From: Antedon mediterranea
Taxonomy: Eukaryota; Animalia; Echinodermata
Direction of reading: 5' to 3'
Assembly (NCBI RefSeq): GCF_964355755.1
Contig: NC_092678.1
Span: 2,930,422-2,994,421, forward strand
Length of the DNA stretch: 64,000 bases
Shown: one piece after another, positions 35,001-49,600 of the stretch
Layout: each line of letters starts with the position of its first letter
Numbering within the stretch: the stretch's first letter is position 1
Translations under genes and position numbers: made by a program
The notes under the pieces: generated by a model
What the model was told of the DNA's origin: nothing
Seen by the model: only the letters and a program-made list of their open reading frames with translations
The model's database searches: none

Positions 35001-38000
35001 CATTGGTGGTCCAGCTCCAGACTCTGAAAAAGGACATTAGTTATATTATGAAAATAATGACAAATGGAAATGGCGATTTTATCTTAAAAATTATAATTTA
35101 ATTTTGATATTAAACAATTATGCCATTTTTTGTTTTGGTATTTTTATTGAAAGTAGTGGATGATTAAACTTACTAAATCTCCTCAAATTTTCTTTTAATC
35201 TGAAAAAAATAAAAAGATGAAAAAAGTTTATTGCACACAACACATAATATAAAAGTATTTGTTAAATAATAAATACATTGTGTATAAATATTTCATTACT
35301 TCTTGGCAGGAAACTCTAACTAAAATACATGTAATTTATCCTATCCTAATTTAGCCTACATAAGTAAAAGGACCACCAGGAAGAACAATAGAAAACTGGT
35401 TAAACCAAATAAAAAATGTAGATTTTAGCACAATAACAAACTATCCTGCCCAAACCAGAAAAATATGGAACCAAATCGCGGAAAGTGTAATGTTGGAAAA
35501 GGTTTCAACAGAGAGAGAGGAACTTGATCTTATTGTAGTTTATCCCTACAATATTTTGACTTGATACCGCTCTCATGTTTTATAAAGTATAACTCACTTC
35601 CGTACGGATAACTCTTGCTCAATTGTAGGGGTTACCTCTTCAAGATCACTATCATCGGAAAAATCCTGCAGGAATGTCAAAATCTTGTCCTCCATCCACC
35701 TGTAGAACCGGTTTCCGCGACTGGAATTACGCGTTGATTCTAAAGAGCCTAGAAGATATACAAAATAAAAAAGCGACACATTAAATTAAAATTGTATATA
35801 GCGCCATCTATGTTAAAAAATCGTCGTCTATGTTGAGTTAGGCTTACCTGTACTACATCAAGCATAAAATACAAATAAACATAGGCTTAGGCTAATTAGG
35901 TTCAAATTAATTATAGTCCTTAGCTATTTTTCTCCAAAATAATTCTGAATATTTTTATGGATGCGCGAGAAATAGCCACGTATGCATGAGGCATAAATAA
36001 TCCGTGAGAGTTGGCAGATATGTTTGTATAAGCCCACCGCATTTGTAGACACTCAATTATAAGCCCATGTTAGGATGCTAGACACACAATTATAAGCCCA
36101 TGTTAGAATGCTAGACACTATTTCTTTAAGATACCTGTTTCTTCTGTGTTTATAAGATTTTCTCTTCTAGGTAAATCAGCCTCATCTGACATTCTAGATA
36201 ACAAGAGAAACAGTAAAGACAAATTTAAATTATTTTTAATCAATTAATTGGATAATCTACACTAGTACCTCACAGCTGCAAAAAAGTAACAACTTGTAAC
36301 CAGGCAAAATCCCAAGAGTCCCCTGACAAAATACACCAGTGAGAGGCATGTTTTTTATTCCAAGATTTTCCAAGTATGTTAATTCTGTCCTAATGACAGT
36401 ACATTATGCTAATGAAATCAATAATTTCTCATGAGATTTCATGATGTTTATTATGCAAGTATGAAAAGTGTAATAAATCAGGAGATTAAAATATGTTACA
36501 ACTTGTTAAAATATTTAATGAATGGTGTTATTAAACGTGTTAGAATATGTATTTTCATATATACAATATGCAAGTTCATACAAAACCTTTCGTTCATTGA
36601 CGTCTCTTCAAGTTCCAAGATTCTTGCATTTAACTCATCATTTTTACTCTTTTGTTCTTTCAGTTTTTTATAAAGCTGGTCAACATGTTTTTCTTCTTTT
36701 AATTGTTCTAATTCTTTGGCTTTGAAATGAAATTATGAAAAACATAATTTATGTGAACAATATATATTTCAATAAAGCTCTGTCTACACTATCAAACTTT
36801 ATGTGACAAAAAAATGTAATGTGCCTATATATGGACACGATGATGTCATATCACTACTATATTTAGGCAAATCAAACTTTTTTTGTCAAACTAGTTTGAG
36901 CTTTTAAAACCAAGAATGAACACTTCACATTTAAAAGAGTTTTTAACTTAAGAATGACAAGGAAAACTTTTTCTGAAATGACATGTGCCGTTATATTTTG
37001 CTTACTAAGTTTTTGATTAGAAATCATTGTAGCCACCAATTGCTCTTGCAGGTTTGACAGCTGCATTTCAAACACTCCTCTGTCGTCAAAGTTATGCCAT
37101 TCATCGGTCAACTAAAAGAAATAGTAAATATTTTTTTAACAATAAAATATTGAATTGCAGTATTCGCTAAATCATTTGATGTATTATTGGCCTATACAGT
37201 TACCATACAAAGTCCATCCTTAAACAGAAAATGTCAAATGAAATGGCATTCAATGGGAAAGGAAGGGGCAGAGGAATAGGTTGGGTATAACAAATAGGAT
37301 GAGGCATTTATTTAAAAAAAAATGTTTTTTTGTTTCTTGTGAACTTTATTCAATCAATCGTTAATAATAACCATAATAACGTGTATAGTGCAATGATTTT
37401 TACAAAAAAATATTAATTATAAAATATGTACATTGATTATTAACAGTAATGAGAATGACTATATAATAATAATATAATGACTGACTATATCGCCTAAAAT
37501 TTATAATTTAAATCTACGATACTTAGTATTGTATATTCAGGAATAGCCGCTCCATAGTCTCTTTGCTTTTCTTCCTTATAACTTTTTCTTATTAACTCAA
37601 AATTATTTTTACTAACAAACATTACTATTTGTATGCCTAGTGTGTAAACATTATTGACATAATTTCATAAACATCTTCATGTCGTACAACTACTCGTAAC
37701 ATTTTTTCTCAACTTTCTACCATCTAAAAGTCGTAGTTAGTCATGCCTCGGGTCACATTCTATGGTCACCGTACAGGTAGGCTACTACATGAGTACTTCT
37801 ATGAATGGATGACTAGCCGGTGACAATAACGCTAGTTGGTCATACCCAGTACCGTTTTGATTTTACGATCATTTGGGAAACCACCTCACGACGACTGACT
37901 ATTTTGAATTGAATTATACAGAAGTTGAATAAAAAAATATGTGGTGTTACTGTAGTTTGGAAGGCAGTCATTTTGGCCACTGGTCATGGAACGCCTCAGT

Positions 38001-39227
38001 TCATGTCGCTTTATTCTTATCATTATTTCATAGTTTACTCAATAATGACCTCAAAAGGTTGAAATATCGTACATTTGCTTGAGTGTGACCTTTTTTGTTA
38101 AATTTTAATGCAGAAAACAACACAATACATAAAATTGTAAAGCGGGAAAAAGGGAGAAAGTGTGAAAAAACGGTAGCACGATTTTAGCCGGAAGACAAGT
38201 CCAAAATATGGGAGTCTCTCCAAAATGAAAGGGTTGGCATATGAATGAAGTTGATAAATATTTGGCTTTTGGTGGAGCACCATGAATTTTGGCATTCCAT
38301 ACACAGGGGTCAAATACGAATGGAGACCAATATGCACTGTTTGTTTTGTTTTTTTTATTGGTTTTCCACACACAAATAAATACAATCTCATATAATAATA
38401 ATATAGTATTCGATAACTGAAATAACAAAATTAGGATAAGGTGGTGTGTGGATGGAGGCCAAAATAAGTTTGTTAAAAAAATATAGCAGATAACATACGT
38501 CACAGGCAGTCTGATTTAACAAAGACTTTAAAGAATTAAAGACATACTGCATCATTGAAACAAAAAAAAATAAATAAAAAAAAATGATTAGTTCTGTTTC
38601 GGTTTCTTTGTTGTATGATGGCAGTGTGTCTTGAAGTGACTCCAAGCAGTGGAAAAACAAATATTGGAATTAAGAATAAATAATAAGATTATAAGTCAGC
38701 ACAGGCGCACAAAACTGGAAAACTACATGTATATGAGGATCCATAAACAGGACAGAAAGTTTACCTGCCATACACCGAGACCAGACACTTTTTAGATTAA
38801 ATTTAAAAGAATAAATATTGGGTAGTAGAGATTTTTAAAAAATATCTAAAGAATTCCACAATTTGGGCCCATTATAAAAAATAGATTTTTTTTTGAGAGA
38901 TGATGTATATTTTTCTTTTGTAAATCTAGTTTTGTAGTCATGAGTATCAGACTGCTGTTTAGGAAATAAGGTAGACATGTGTTGTTCTTATAACGATACA
39001 TAAAAGTAAGGGTTTGTAACTTATTTAGGTCAAAAATATTAAGGACATTAAATTATGAAATAAATGTTTGGTATGCGATAAGCCTTTCAAATTACCGTAT
39101 CCGCATCCCCCACAGATACTTGTCCTTCGTCTCCGTACTCAGATGATTCTTGCATGGAAGCGCCTTGGTCATTTCGTTCGTTTGCATTCGGTCGAAATTT
39201 GGAGCGTAAAGCATGCCTTAATGACAT
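32036..39227 (-). CDS. GRAMD4: GRAM domain-containing protein 4-like, 12 coding exons traced, 3' end unresolved
   Basis: Phase-consistent exons 39227-39096, 37111-37006, 36719-36587, 36193-36135, 35748-35598, 35199-35174, 35023-34932, 33685-33594, 33283-33235, 33095-32977, 32662-32553, 32190-32036. They give LSVRKLKENLRRFK, LSALMSW, DKFHLVLQVAKKAQNLLGDVADGLEK and YPRLKQKYDT..MWKKLPT, which match GRAMD4 as I recall it. Confidence 0.85.
32225..32532. repeat. Degenerate (GAT)n microsatellite
   Basis: Direct reading; intronic. Confidence 0.9.
36775..36904. mobile_element. MITE family 1, opposite orientation, one end deleted
   Basis: aagctctgtctacactatcaaactttatgtgac...gtcaaactagtttga. Confidence 0.75.
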
Positions 39228-40395
39228 TTTTTTTCTTTTCTGAAAAACAGAGATGTATTAAATTTACAATAGAAATGAAAACATGCACTACAGTTTGGTT
39301 AAGAGAACTAGGGAATTATTCTGGCATGGGTTTCTAAATGTGTAGGCCCCTGGTTGTTCCATGTTATTTCCTCGTAACAATGACGCCGGTCATTGATAGT
39401 GTAGCCGCCTGGTGGTCGGTCAGTCAGTGATGTGGTTCACTGTTTTGTTTATTGGGCCCCAGCCTATTAGGCCTGGCCCAGCCTAACGGCGCCTAATAAC
39501 TTCATATGACTATTCCAACAACTCATTAGATATTATTTTCAATCTATTTACGTATTATTTATTACAATATTATTATTTATACAAACTCACAGGGTATATT
39601 AATTGCCACAAGATTTAATAACAAGATTTATAAAGCTAAAATACGCACATTTCATTTATTTTGCATGTCCCTTTAAAAAAAATGGGCATGTTTATAGAGG
39701 GCGTGCTTCTGTTTACTCAAGCGTGAACAAATATGGAACGCTGAAAGAGACACAAGATGCGAGAGGATTGAAAAGTAACTTATTTTCTATTTAAAATTTA
39801 TTGACAGCAAATACATATATGATAACGAATGTGCTATATGATATAATTATGATGATTATTATGAATGATATATTGCATACGATAAAAATAATGATTATGT
39901 TATGTGAGATGATACGATAATAATAAAGATGATAAATGTGATATATATAATTATAAATGATGAATACGATGCGCGCGGCGGATGACGACGATTGTTTAAA
40001 ATAAAGATAGAAAACCAACCAACCAATTCATTCTTTGTGACAATTAATATTGTAAACAAATCTTCATGCATGTACACTCGTACAATAATGTTAAATTAAT
40101 GCAACAATATCGCGTAAAACATTCGCCATACATCACGAATTTTGCCCGAAGAGACTGAAAATGAACAGAAACAAAAGAAGACAAACGTGTAACAGATATT
40201 TTCATTTTTATTCATTTGACATTTTGATTACTGTAGCTTCTTTCTACATAATATTGTATTTCATTTTAAACACATACATGTTTACTATCTATAGCTTTAA
40301 AAGGGTCGAATGCCACGTACATTATACAACATTAAAACATCCTTGAATAATGTTTTTATTTAAGAAAAATATTAGCACATAGCAACACATTATGA

Positions 40396-40553
40396 CATGG
40401 TATTCTATCATCCCCCGTCGTCCGCCCATCCCAACCTACCACACCCATGGTATTCTATCATCCCCCGTCGTCCGCCCATCCCAACCTACCACACCCATGG
40501 TATTCTATCATCCCCGCCCGTCCGCCCATCCCAACCTACCATACCCACTTCCA
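40396..40553. repeat. 50-bp tandem repeat x3
   Basis: catggtattctatcatcccccgtcgtccgcccatcccaacctaccacacc. Confidence 0.92.
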
Positions 40554-43500
40554 TGATTCACGAGTTAACCGAATTATTGAATATCTTTCTTGCGCGAAAG
40601 TTATATATACAAGCGCAAATATTTGTGATATATATTCTATTTGTTTTCACTACACAAGAAAAAAACCAAGATTATATATTTTAATTGTGTCGGGCGTGGC
40701 ATCGGTATATTTCAACACGATTAACGCAATGAAATATGTGGTATTAATATGAAATGGCTGCGTACGTCGCATATACACATTTGTATATTAGGTGGGGGAA
40801 ATTAGTAAAGAGATTATTTCGTTTCCATCGTGCGCCGACCGTTTTTAATCGAATATTTTGTATTCGATATAACAGTATTCAAATTACCAAAAAATAGCGA
40901 ATTTAAAAATATTCTTTTAATAATCGGTTATTCATTTTTTCAGTAAAATGTTTAATAACGAATTAGAAATTAATTTTGCGAGTTGAATCATTAAATAGTA
41001 ATGTAACGCGAGTTTAGTTACACGGAGAATAATTATTTGCGAAGTCTATCTCCCATTATCAGTGGCTGAATATATATTTATTAATAGCTCATTGAATTCT
41101 TCATATAATTACAAATGCTAACGTCTTCGAATATTGCACAATTCGAGTTAAATCGTGCAATAAAAATCAAATTAATATTTCGATATAGCAACGTCCAGAT
41201 ATAAGAGAATAATTGAATTGTGTTTAGTGGCGAATGGGCGAGTTACGCCTTTCTTAACGCGATTACCGAAGCTGAAATAATATAATAAATTAAAATAATA
41301 CATTGTACTTTTTATGTTGTTATTGTTTGTGTTGTAACAGTTGTACTGACGACAGAAACGATCTCCGGCGGTAATATTTATCATATGAACGCATTTTATA
41401 TTTGTCACCTTTGAAATAATTTTAATTTTTGAGAACAAAAAAAGGAACACTGGTGGTTCTGAAGCGAAGACCAATTTTGTCCGAAAAGCAGATCGACAAG
41501 TCCCCAATTTTCACAGAAATGGGTGTAATAAAATATTCATGAGAAACTTGGCTACATTATTCAATTTGATAAACGTAAAATTAGCAAAATTTTTCAAAAT
41601 TGTATTTGTTGATTCTTGGTGCGCACGACGCCTATATTAAAAAACGTTGTAAAATGTTGATTGGATCGAGGTTAATAAATCAGTATTCTTTAAAAGGATT
41701 ATTCGAGAATATTTTCACAATATACCTGAAATTGTTGCAGACAATCTTGGCTAGTACTTTGTTGTAAAAATGACTGCGAATTGGCGCAATATGACAAAGG
41801 AACTCGTCTGCCTTTAGGGGTCTCTGACCCAATTGCCTAATTGTACAAGAGTATAAGGCTCAGAAACAGCAGCATGTAATCTCTCTCTGCTTCTTTATGA
41901 TTTTGTAAATGAATGCACGTTACAATTTATTACCCGATGTAAATAAACTCCAGAAAAACAATTTTGAAAATCAATGGGTTATTCACACGATTTTTCTAGA
42001 GGTTATAACATAATGTCATAATAATGCATTGTTTACGCTAATTTCATATTTTTAATATAAAAATAATATTGATTATTTCTTGTAATTAATCATCCGTCTA
42101 AAATAGTCACACACGATCTTCTACTAAAGTAATAAAAATGACATAAAAATGTAGTAATCCGTTGATATCGATTAGAAAAATGGTTGATTTATGATTTAAT
42201 TGGAGAATATTGCCATGTAAAATAAAGTATAAGCCCTAGATTCTGTATGTAAAAGTGTCATGTACGTTAAATGCACAAATCCTCAGTGGCACTTTTGACT
42301 GGTGGTTGCCTTTCAATCTCTTGGGTTCAAATCTTGCTTAAGTACAAACATGCTATTATCAAGCATAAAATATCACCACTATCAAAGTGGACTTAGTTCT
42401 TATACCTTAATTGCTGATTAAAAATACTGCTGGATGCACAAAACGATCACTTTGTATAATCACTGAAAATCTTCTACAATTTTTTTTCCAAAACTGATGG
42501 TATTTTTCTACACAACAAGATTAAATTTCAAAAGACTTTCAATAACATTTATAAATTCTCAATAAGAAGAATAGTAGACTAATAACTAGTTGATATCACA
42601 ATGTTATCTTTCACAATATATAACAAGTTTTTTATGAAATATAAAGAGCGATTTATTTAAGATTACAATATTATAATGTCAATAATTTCTGATTATATGC
42701 TTAATTGAGGCTAATGGGTAAGCTGGGGTAATGGGTAAGCTGGGATGGGATTACATTTGAAATAGCGTTTTTTTATGTCATAATGCTACAAGTTTGCTAA
42801 AGAATTGTAAAATGCTACCAGAAACAAATTTCATATTTATTGCAATACAGGTTTGTTTCCAATTAAAGACCACAAGTCTTATCCCGACTAAAAACAAATT
42901 ATAATTCACCATATGATTGAAGTGATTATATTTAAAGACCACAATTACGCCCCTCCCCTCACACACTATAACTAACATTATAATTAAAATAATTATAATA
43001 ATTGAGAATAATCGGACGTTTAACCCACAAAGTTGTCTTTAATTGGAACAAGACTTGTATCCAATTTTGTATAGATATCTATTAGCTAATCAACAGTTAC
43101 GGACAGAACTTAGTAATATATTGCTTTTTAAAATTCTCATTCACTCATCACTCTCTCTCCTTCACTCATTTTATATAATTCTTGCACTATAGTTGCTCCG
43201 TCGTCACACGCTCTCAAACTCTCACGGTGGCAAATATCGTACAAGCATTGCAAGATACAACTTCATACTAGCTCTATTTACAAACCAAATATACAATAAT
43301 TTACAGAATGCTTTATCGGGAGAAGTAAACAAAATGCTTTGGCTAAGCCTTGCACCCAAAACACATACATCTACAAATTGCATTGGATTTTGTACTGCAT
43401 TTTACATACAGCATTTAATCAAACATACTTGCGTAAAATCATTTAATGTACACAAATTTCTATATTAAATAAATTTTTCCAAAATTCAATGCAACTTTAG

Positions 43501-43632
43501 ATTATCATTTAATTTTTAAAATACAATTTTTTAAAAATCACATATGGACATAATGTTGCTAAGCAACCATTTTGGGTGATGCATTGTGGGACAAATTTCA
43601 TACACACTAAACCATACAGGTATCATTATAAT

Positions 43633-46600
43633 CTACACGTTACTTGATGTTGCCACACCATTTGTTTGTGAGTGTGGAACATTCCGCCGACCTTTGAACT
43701 GTTGCGAGTGCTCGTTAGGAGTTGCTTGGCAGGTTGGAATGTTAAATTGTGGGATAAATTCTTGTGGCTTGTCAGCGCTTTTCTTATGTTGGTGTAACGG
43801 TGATATGTGATGCTTAGGTGATTTTACTTCTGATAAGTTACTATTTGGTAAGTGTCCATTTGCTGTCAATTCTAAAAGAACAAATTAAATACTAAATCAT
43901 TTGCATGGTCCTCAAAACACTGTAATAATATTACTAAAAAATCAAGAAATTACAAATTGAATTAAACTACAATAAGTTAAGATAAGTATTTAAACCTACC
44001 AGTTTTTTTCTGGCAATCCTTTGGGTTATTTGAATACTGCTTTTCACTTAAGTTTTTGTTAACCAATTCCGCGTAACTCGGAGGACTGGATGGAGGATGC
44101 AAGTCATCTGTCAGGTTTCCCGCAGGTCCCGATGACATCCCTGGGAACGAGTTGGCCACACTTTCAGTTGCCTCTGGCTCGAAAGCCGGATAACTTGCAC
44201 ATTGATATTGGTTGCGATGTTTGTCCTGCTGCTGTGGGAGTTCCTTGTACATGTCCTGAGCAGTCAATGGATCAATTTCTGATTGATATCCCATAGTAAC
44301 GTGTGGTGCTGAAGCACTCTGATTGGTCAGTGAGTGATTAAGAAGTGGAAAGCTACTGCCATCATGGACTAAAAAAGGGAAAAGAAGAATAAAGTGGAAA
44401 CATTGTAACTAATAATTCTGTTAATCACACTTCAAATTTACCATTTATTCTACTGCAGTAACGACATTGTGTTTAACACAAATTGTTTATCCAATTATTT
44501 CATTTATGGTAATCATAGTACATTGTTGCAGTGATTTTGTTATAAACAATTACATTGAAAACATCTAAAATCATATCGTGCAGTATTTCAGTAAAAAATT
44601 ACTGCAGTAACTGTTGTACAATAACTTTGCCATGATTACTTAAATTAGAAAAATTATAGAACCATAATGAACAGGTGAAAAATGGTGCAAAAATGACAAT
44701 AAAAAGTGATTTAAGACCGTTTCTAAAGTATACATTACAAGTATAATTTGAAATCTTATTACTGAAAAATTTAATGTTTATTTTGAAATTTGATGAATTT
44801 AACAACTATGTAATTTCCATGAGAACGACGATCATTATGTATAATTTTCATTTCAAATTTTGTTTAAATCGAGAATTTTTATATTCGTGTAATCTTATCC
44901 AAGGTTTCGTAATGGGTTTGACATTTTTAAGTTTTATTGCAAAACATAAATTTCTCATTCGTAATAAATAATAATTCAGTTGTATAGGTAGACATCACAA
45001 AGGGAAAAAACATATATTTCAGACAATATCTGTGTCGTATCTGCAGTATATATGTTAACATTTATTAAATGTCAGTCACCAAAACAGCGATCCATTCCAT
45101 AATATTTTTCTAGCTTTCTCTTTCCCAACATGACACAATTTCTTCTGGTATATGCTAATCATTATTTTCATTAAATGAAATAATTTTAATGACATCAGTC
45201 ATTTACTAAAACCTTACTTTTTCCTGTAATTCATATTTACTACTCTTTTTGCCCCTTATATTTCTTTCTTCTTTCTATTTTAATTCCCTGGTTACAGATT
45301 GTTCCTGTAAGCGTTGTTTTTAGCTGATTTCTATTCTTAACATATGTGTTGCTTGTGTTAAGCGCATTCACCATTTCCTTCCTCCAAATAATGAATACAA
45401 CATATTGACCTTATGACCTTATGAACGAGTCATTTACTTTCTGGGTTTGTGTCCCTCAATTAAATTCAAATCTATTACCCACAATTCATATCAATTCATT
45501 ACCCAAAATTCAATTAAAATGCAACAATTTAATGCATTACCCACAATTCAATGTAACATCACAATTCGTTGTTGTCCCTTGCCCAGATGTTGTAGTTTAT
45601 GTGTATTTTTTTTTTCATCTGATTCAGTTTCGTTTTACTGTTTGATTTTAGCCCCAAGATTCTATTAATAGTTTTTCACCTTTATGTAAAAGCAGTTTCA
45701 GATAACATGACTAACAAATGAAACTTTTAAGATGTCTAAAGTGTAAAATCAATATGGAAACGTTATTGAAAGCCAAAACTAAATCAGTTATACAAAAAAC
45801 AAACAAAAATAGGTAAATTTACCATTGCTTTCATCATAGTTACGACTGAAAGTAGTCAAATGCATAGGCTCATCGCCACGCCCATCACTCGGGAAACCAG
45901 CTGAAGTACGAAAACGTTGCGGCGGTCGGTATGAAGCATGAAGAGTTCCATCTATAGAATCATCATCGCTTAAGTTATCCATTTGATATTTATCAGTGGC
46001 TGTTTAAAAAAAAAGATATATATAAATATTTGATTGACAGATTATATCTTCAGAGAGTTGTTGTCGCTAAAAAACTAGGACTGAAGAAATTTAAACTTTA
46101 TAAATTAACAACAATTGTTGTCTCTTGTGGCAGATAGAAATCAATGCAAGGTTTTAGTTGCAGAAAAAATTGCAGTAATCATTGGTTGGTGAGTCAGAGA
46201 AAACGATACCTCTTGGAATACGCGAGTGATGTTTGCGCACAGCTACAAACGTGTTGGTAGACTTTTAACGTCAAAGATTCACTTTAGTACTTTCCCTTAG
46301 GCATTATCTTATATGAATATTGTCAATGTTTATCAAACTCACTTTAAAACAAAATCTTTACTTTAAATTACCGATTGTAATACTAGATCTAAGAATTTGT
46401 TACATGAAAGGAAACTACTTCTACTGTGGTGTTTATATTACATACTACTAATTAATATATTTTATTCTGCAAAAAGTAAAAATACAACATTAAAATTTCG
46501 TTTTTCATCTATGTTATCGGATATAATCTTATATTGATTAAATTGTGATTGAAAGATGAAGAGAAAGATAAATATATTGATTAAATTGTGATGGACAAAC

Positions 46601-49600
46601 GAAAAGATGAGGAGAAAGACAGATAGAATTCAAACCATACAGACAGGCTGACTAGCATTGATGAACAGATAGACAGAGATACAAAGATAAAAGAGAGGGA
46701 GATTATATATAATAGATATATAATAGATAAAACTAGTACGCATCAATAAATATAGAGTAATAGAAAAAAGATAGACAAGATAAGAGAGATAGATGGACAG
46801 CTGGTTTTGTATCTTCTTAAATGATTCAATAGGCTAATTTTAATATATATACATTGTTTCCTTCACTCTGTGGCCCTGGACAAACAAAAATATATATGGT
46901 TGCCCCCACAATATAAAAGCTGGGAAGACCTGGACACTGGAGAGACCTAGAGAAAGACCTAGACACTGGAGAGACCTGGAGAGAGACCTGGAAAGAGACC
47001 TGAACACTGGAGAGAGACTTGGACACTGGAGAGACCTAGAGAAAGACCTGGACACTGGAGAGACCTGGAGAGAGACCTGGACACAGGAGAGAGACCTGGA
47101 CACAGGAGAGACCTGGACACTGGAGAGACCTGGACACAGGAGAGACCTGGACACTGGAGAGACCTGGAGAGAGAACCGGACATTGGAGAGACCTGGAGAG
47201 AGACCTGTATATAATATAAAAGTAAACATACCAGAGCTTGAGACACCGCTGCTGGTCTCCTGTTGTATTGTTCCCTCTGACCCATTGTACATCATGCTTG
47301 GTATCTCCTCCGGTAACACAGGATCGTCCACTGGTGTTGTGTTGTACCGGCGCCTACGTTTGCGACTATGGTAGATAATCACTACCCAGATGACCGAAGT
47401 GCCAACAACACCGCACACCACCGCTATGATTATGATACCGGTGAAAGCTCCGTTGCAGATACTGTTCTGTGATTGGCCAGGCTGTGGTGATGTACAAGAA
47501 TCTAAAGAAAATTGATAAAATACTTTTAATGATCTCATCCAACAATTATTTAATTACAATTTGTGTCATGTAGCTGAACTTTAACCTTATATATCCCAAC
47601 AACCATTTAGGTCAGGCTCGTTGAATGACATGAAATTAAGGTTCTTGATTTACGTTGGGTGAGCGATTTTGAGTTTGCATGATAAATGTATGTTGCCAAA
47701 TAAGGTTAAAGTTCAAATGATGAATCAAAAAATTACTAATAAGTTAGAAACTACTATTATAAGTACACTAAATAGTTTTAATATAAATTTAGCTCTTTTG
47801 AAAGAGTTAAACTTCTCTATATCGATTGTAAATTAAAAACCTTTTTCCAGAAAAAAAAAATGTGTGTTAAAAATTGTGTGTTAACAGTCCAATAAATAAT
47901 AATGCATTTCAATAGATTAACATTTTTATAAGTTGGATTAATCAAAAGGATGTCAGTGTTAAATTTTTATTATTTCAATTGAAAACCTGATCGCCACAAT
48001 AATTGGGTAATAAATCTAATTTGTACTTGCCACCATAACATATTTATGGGTTTGGCTAATTAAAATTTCAAATGCTATTTGGAATAAATTTAGCCATGTA
48101 GCAATAATAATTACAAGGCCTGTCCAATATCGTTGAAAGGAAATGAACATTTTTCAAACTTTAAGATAAAACTTTGCTTTAAAAACTCTGTACCATGTTG
48201 CTTTTAACAATTTTTCTTTCTCTAGAATCTAGTATGTGTACAGTATTGATATGTTTAAAAAATTAAAGAGATTTGTTATAAAAGAGGTTATCTCTAGAAA
48301 AGAAAATCTTAATTTAAATCTCCTGCGAAAAGATCATTTCAGTTAAAAATACTTACCACTATTAACTGTAAGGTCAATTGTTCCAGTTACTTGTCCAAGA
48401 ACATTTGACAGAGAGCAGGTATAGCTGCCAGCATCCTCTACTTTGACATCTGTCACCAACAAAAGTTGGTTACTGCTCACAAGATGAATCCGATCTGATG
48501 CCACCACACTTTTACCATCTTTTTTCCAAGAGATGTTTGGCATGGGACTCCCTGATGGCTTGCATTGGAGCATTGCGGTGTCGCCTGCTCTCGCAGTAAC
48601 ATCTTTTAAGTTCTCCGCAAAGGATGGTTCCTGGAGAACTTGGATGGTGGCATTCGTGACAATGGTTCCGGCGTTATTGCTAGCGATACAGGAATACACT
48701 CCCATGTCTTCAACCTTACTTTTGGCAATGAAAAAAGTTTCTTCATTGGGAAAGATGTGCATTCGACGTTCTCGAGCAGCAGGGAAATTTACACCGCCGT
48801 CCTTTTGCCACGAAATATCCGGTTGTGGATGACCAGTAGCAGCACATGCAAGAGGTATAACTTCTCCAACTTCAACAGTCTTATCGGTGGGCGTTTTAGT
48901 AAACACTGGAAAAACTGAAATTAAATTTGATAACTTTATTAGCCTGTTTCTTTCAAAATAACCTGAATAATTTTTCAGTACCAATAATAATCACAAAGAT
49001 TTTCACAGCGTAGTGATGTCACAGGGCAGAGAGTCGATACAAAAACCCCATCGATAAGTGAAATACTTCCTCGTGAACTTTTGGCACGTTTGTAATAATA
49101 TATCAAAGCATGACAAAAGGGAGGCAGTGTCAATGAACGATCACTTTCAAACAAAGTTTAACACTCAATCATTAGTCAAAATAAATTTGTAGCTGTTTAT
49201 ATCTAAGAAAATCTATGATAACAAACAGCAGTAGTAACAGGAAGATTTATTTAGCTTCGTACTGTTTTCAATGCAATTATATTTGAAATCTTGTTTTGAA
49301 CTTAATACTTTGTCTACACTATCAAACTTTAGGTGACAAAAAAATGTGCCCATATATTTTGTGATTCACTACCATATTTGGTACACACATTTTTTATGTC
49401 AAACTAGTTTGATAGTGTAGACAAAATTTAGGTCAATCACATTACAGTTGCAAAATATTGATAAAAAAATAATATTACTTAAACTTGGTTCCCACTAGAA
49501 CGTAACGCAAGGACGTAAACGCAACGCAAGCGTTTTAACCAATGACAAGCGAAGTTATAGACAGTTAGCAATCACAAGCGAATAAGCCATCGCTTGTGAT

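Noticed and set aside
37523-37622. Possible alternative first exon of GRAMD4 (MFVSKNN...)
   Set aside because: Its donor phase does not match the phase-0 exon at 37111, whereas exon 39227-39096 fits.
46826-47230. Low-complexity extension of the 232-aa ORF
   Set aside because: Read-through past the LRIG TM-exon donor into an intronic minisatellite.
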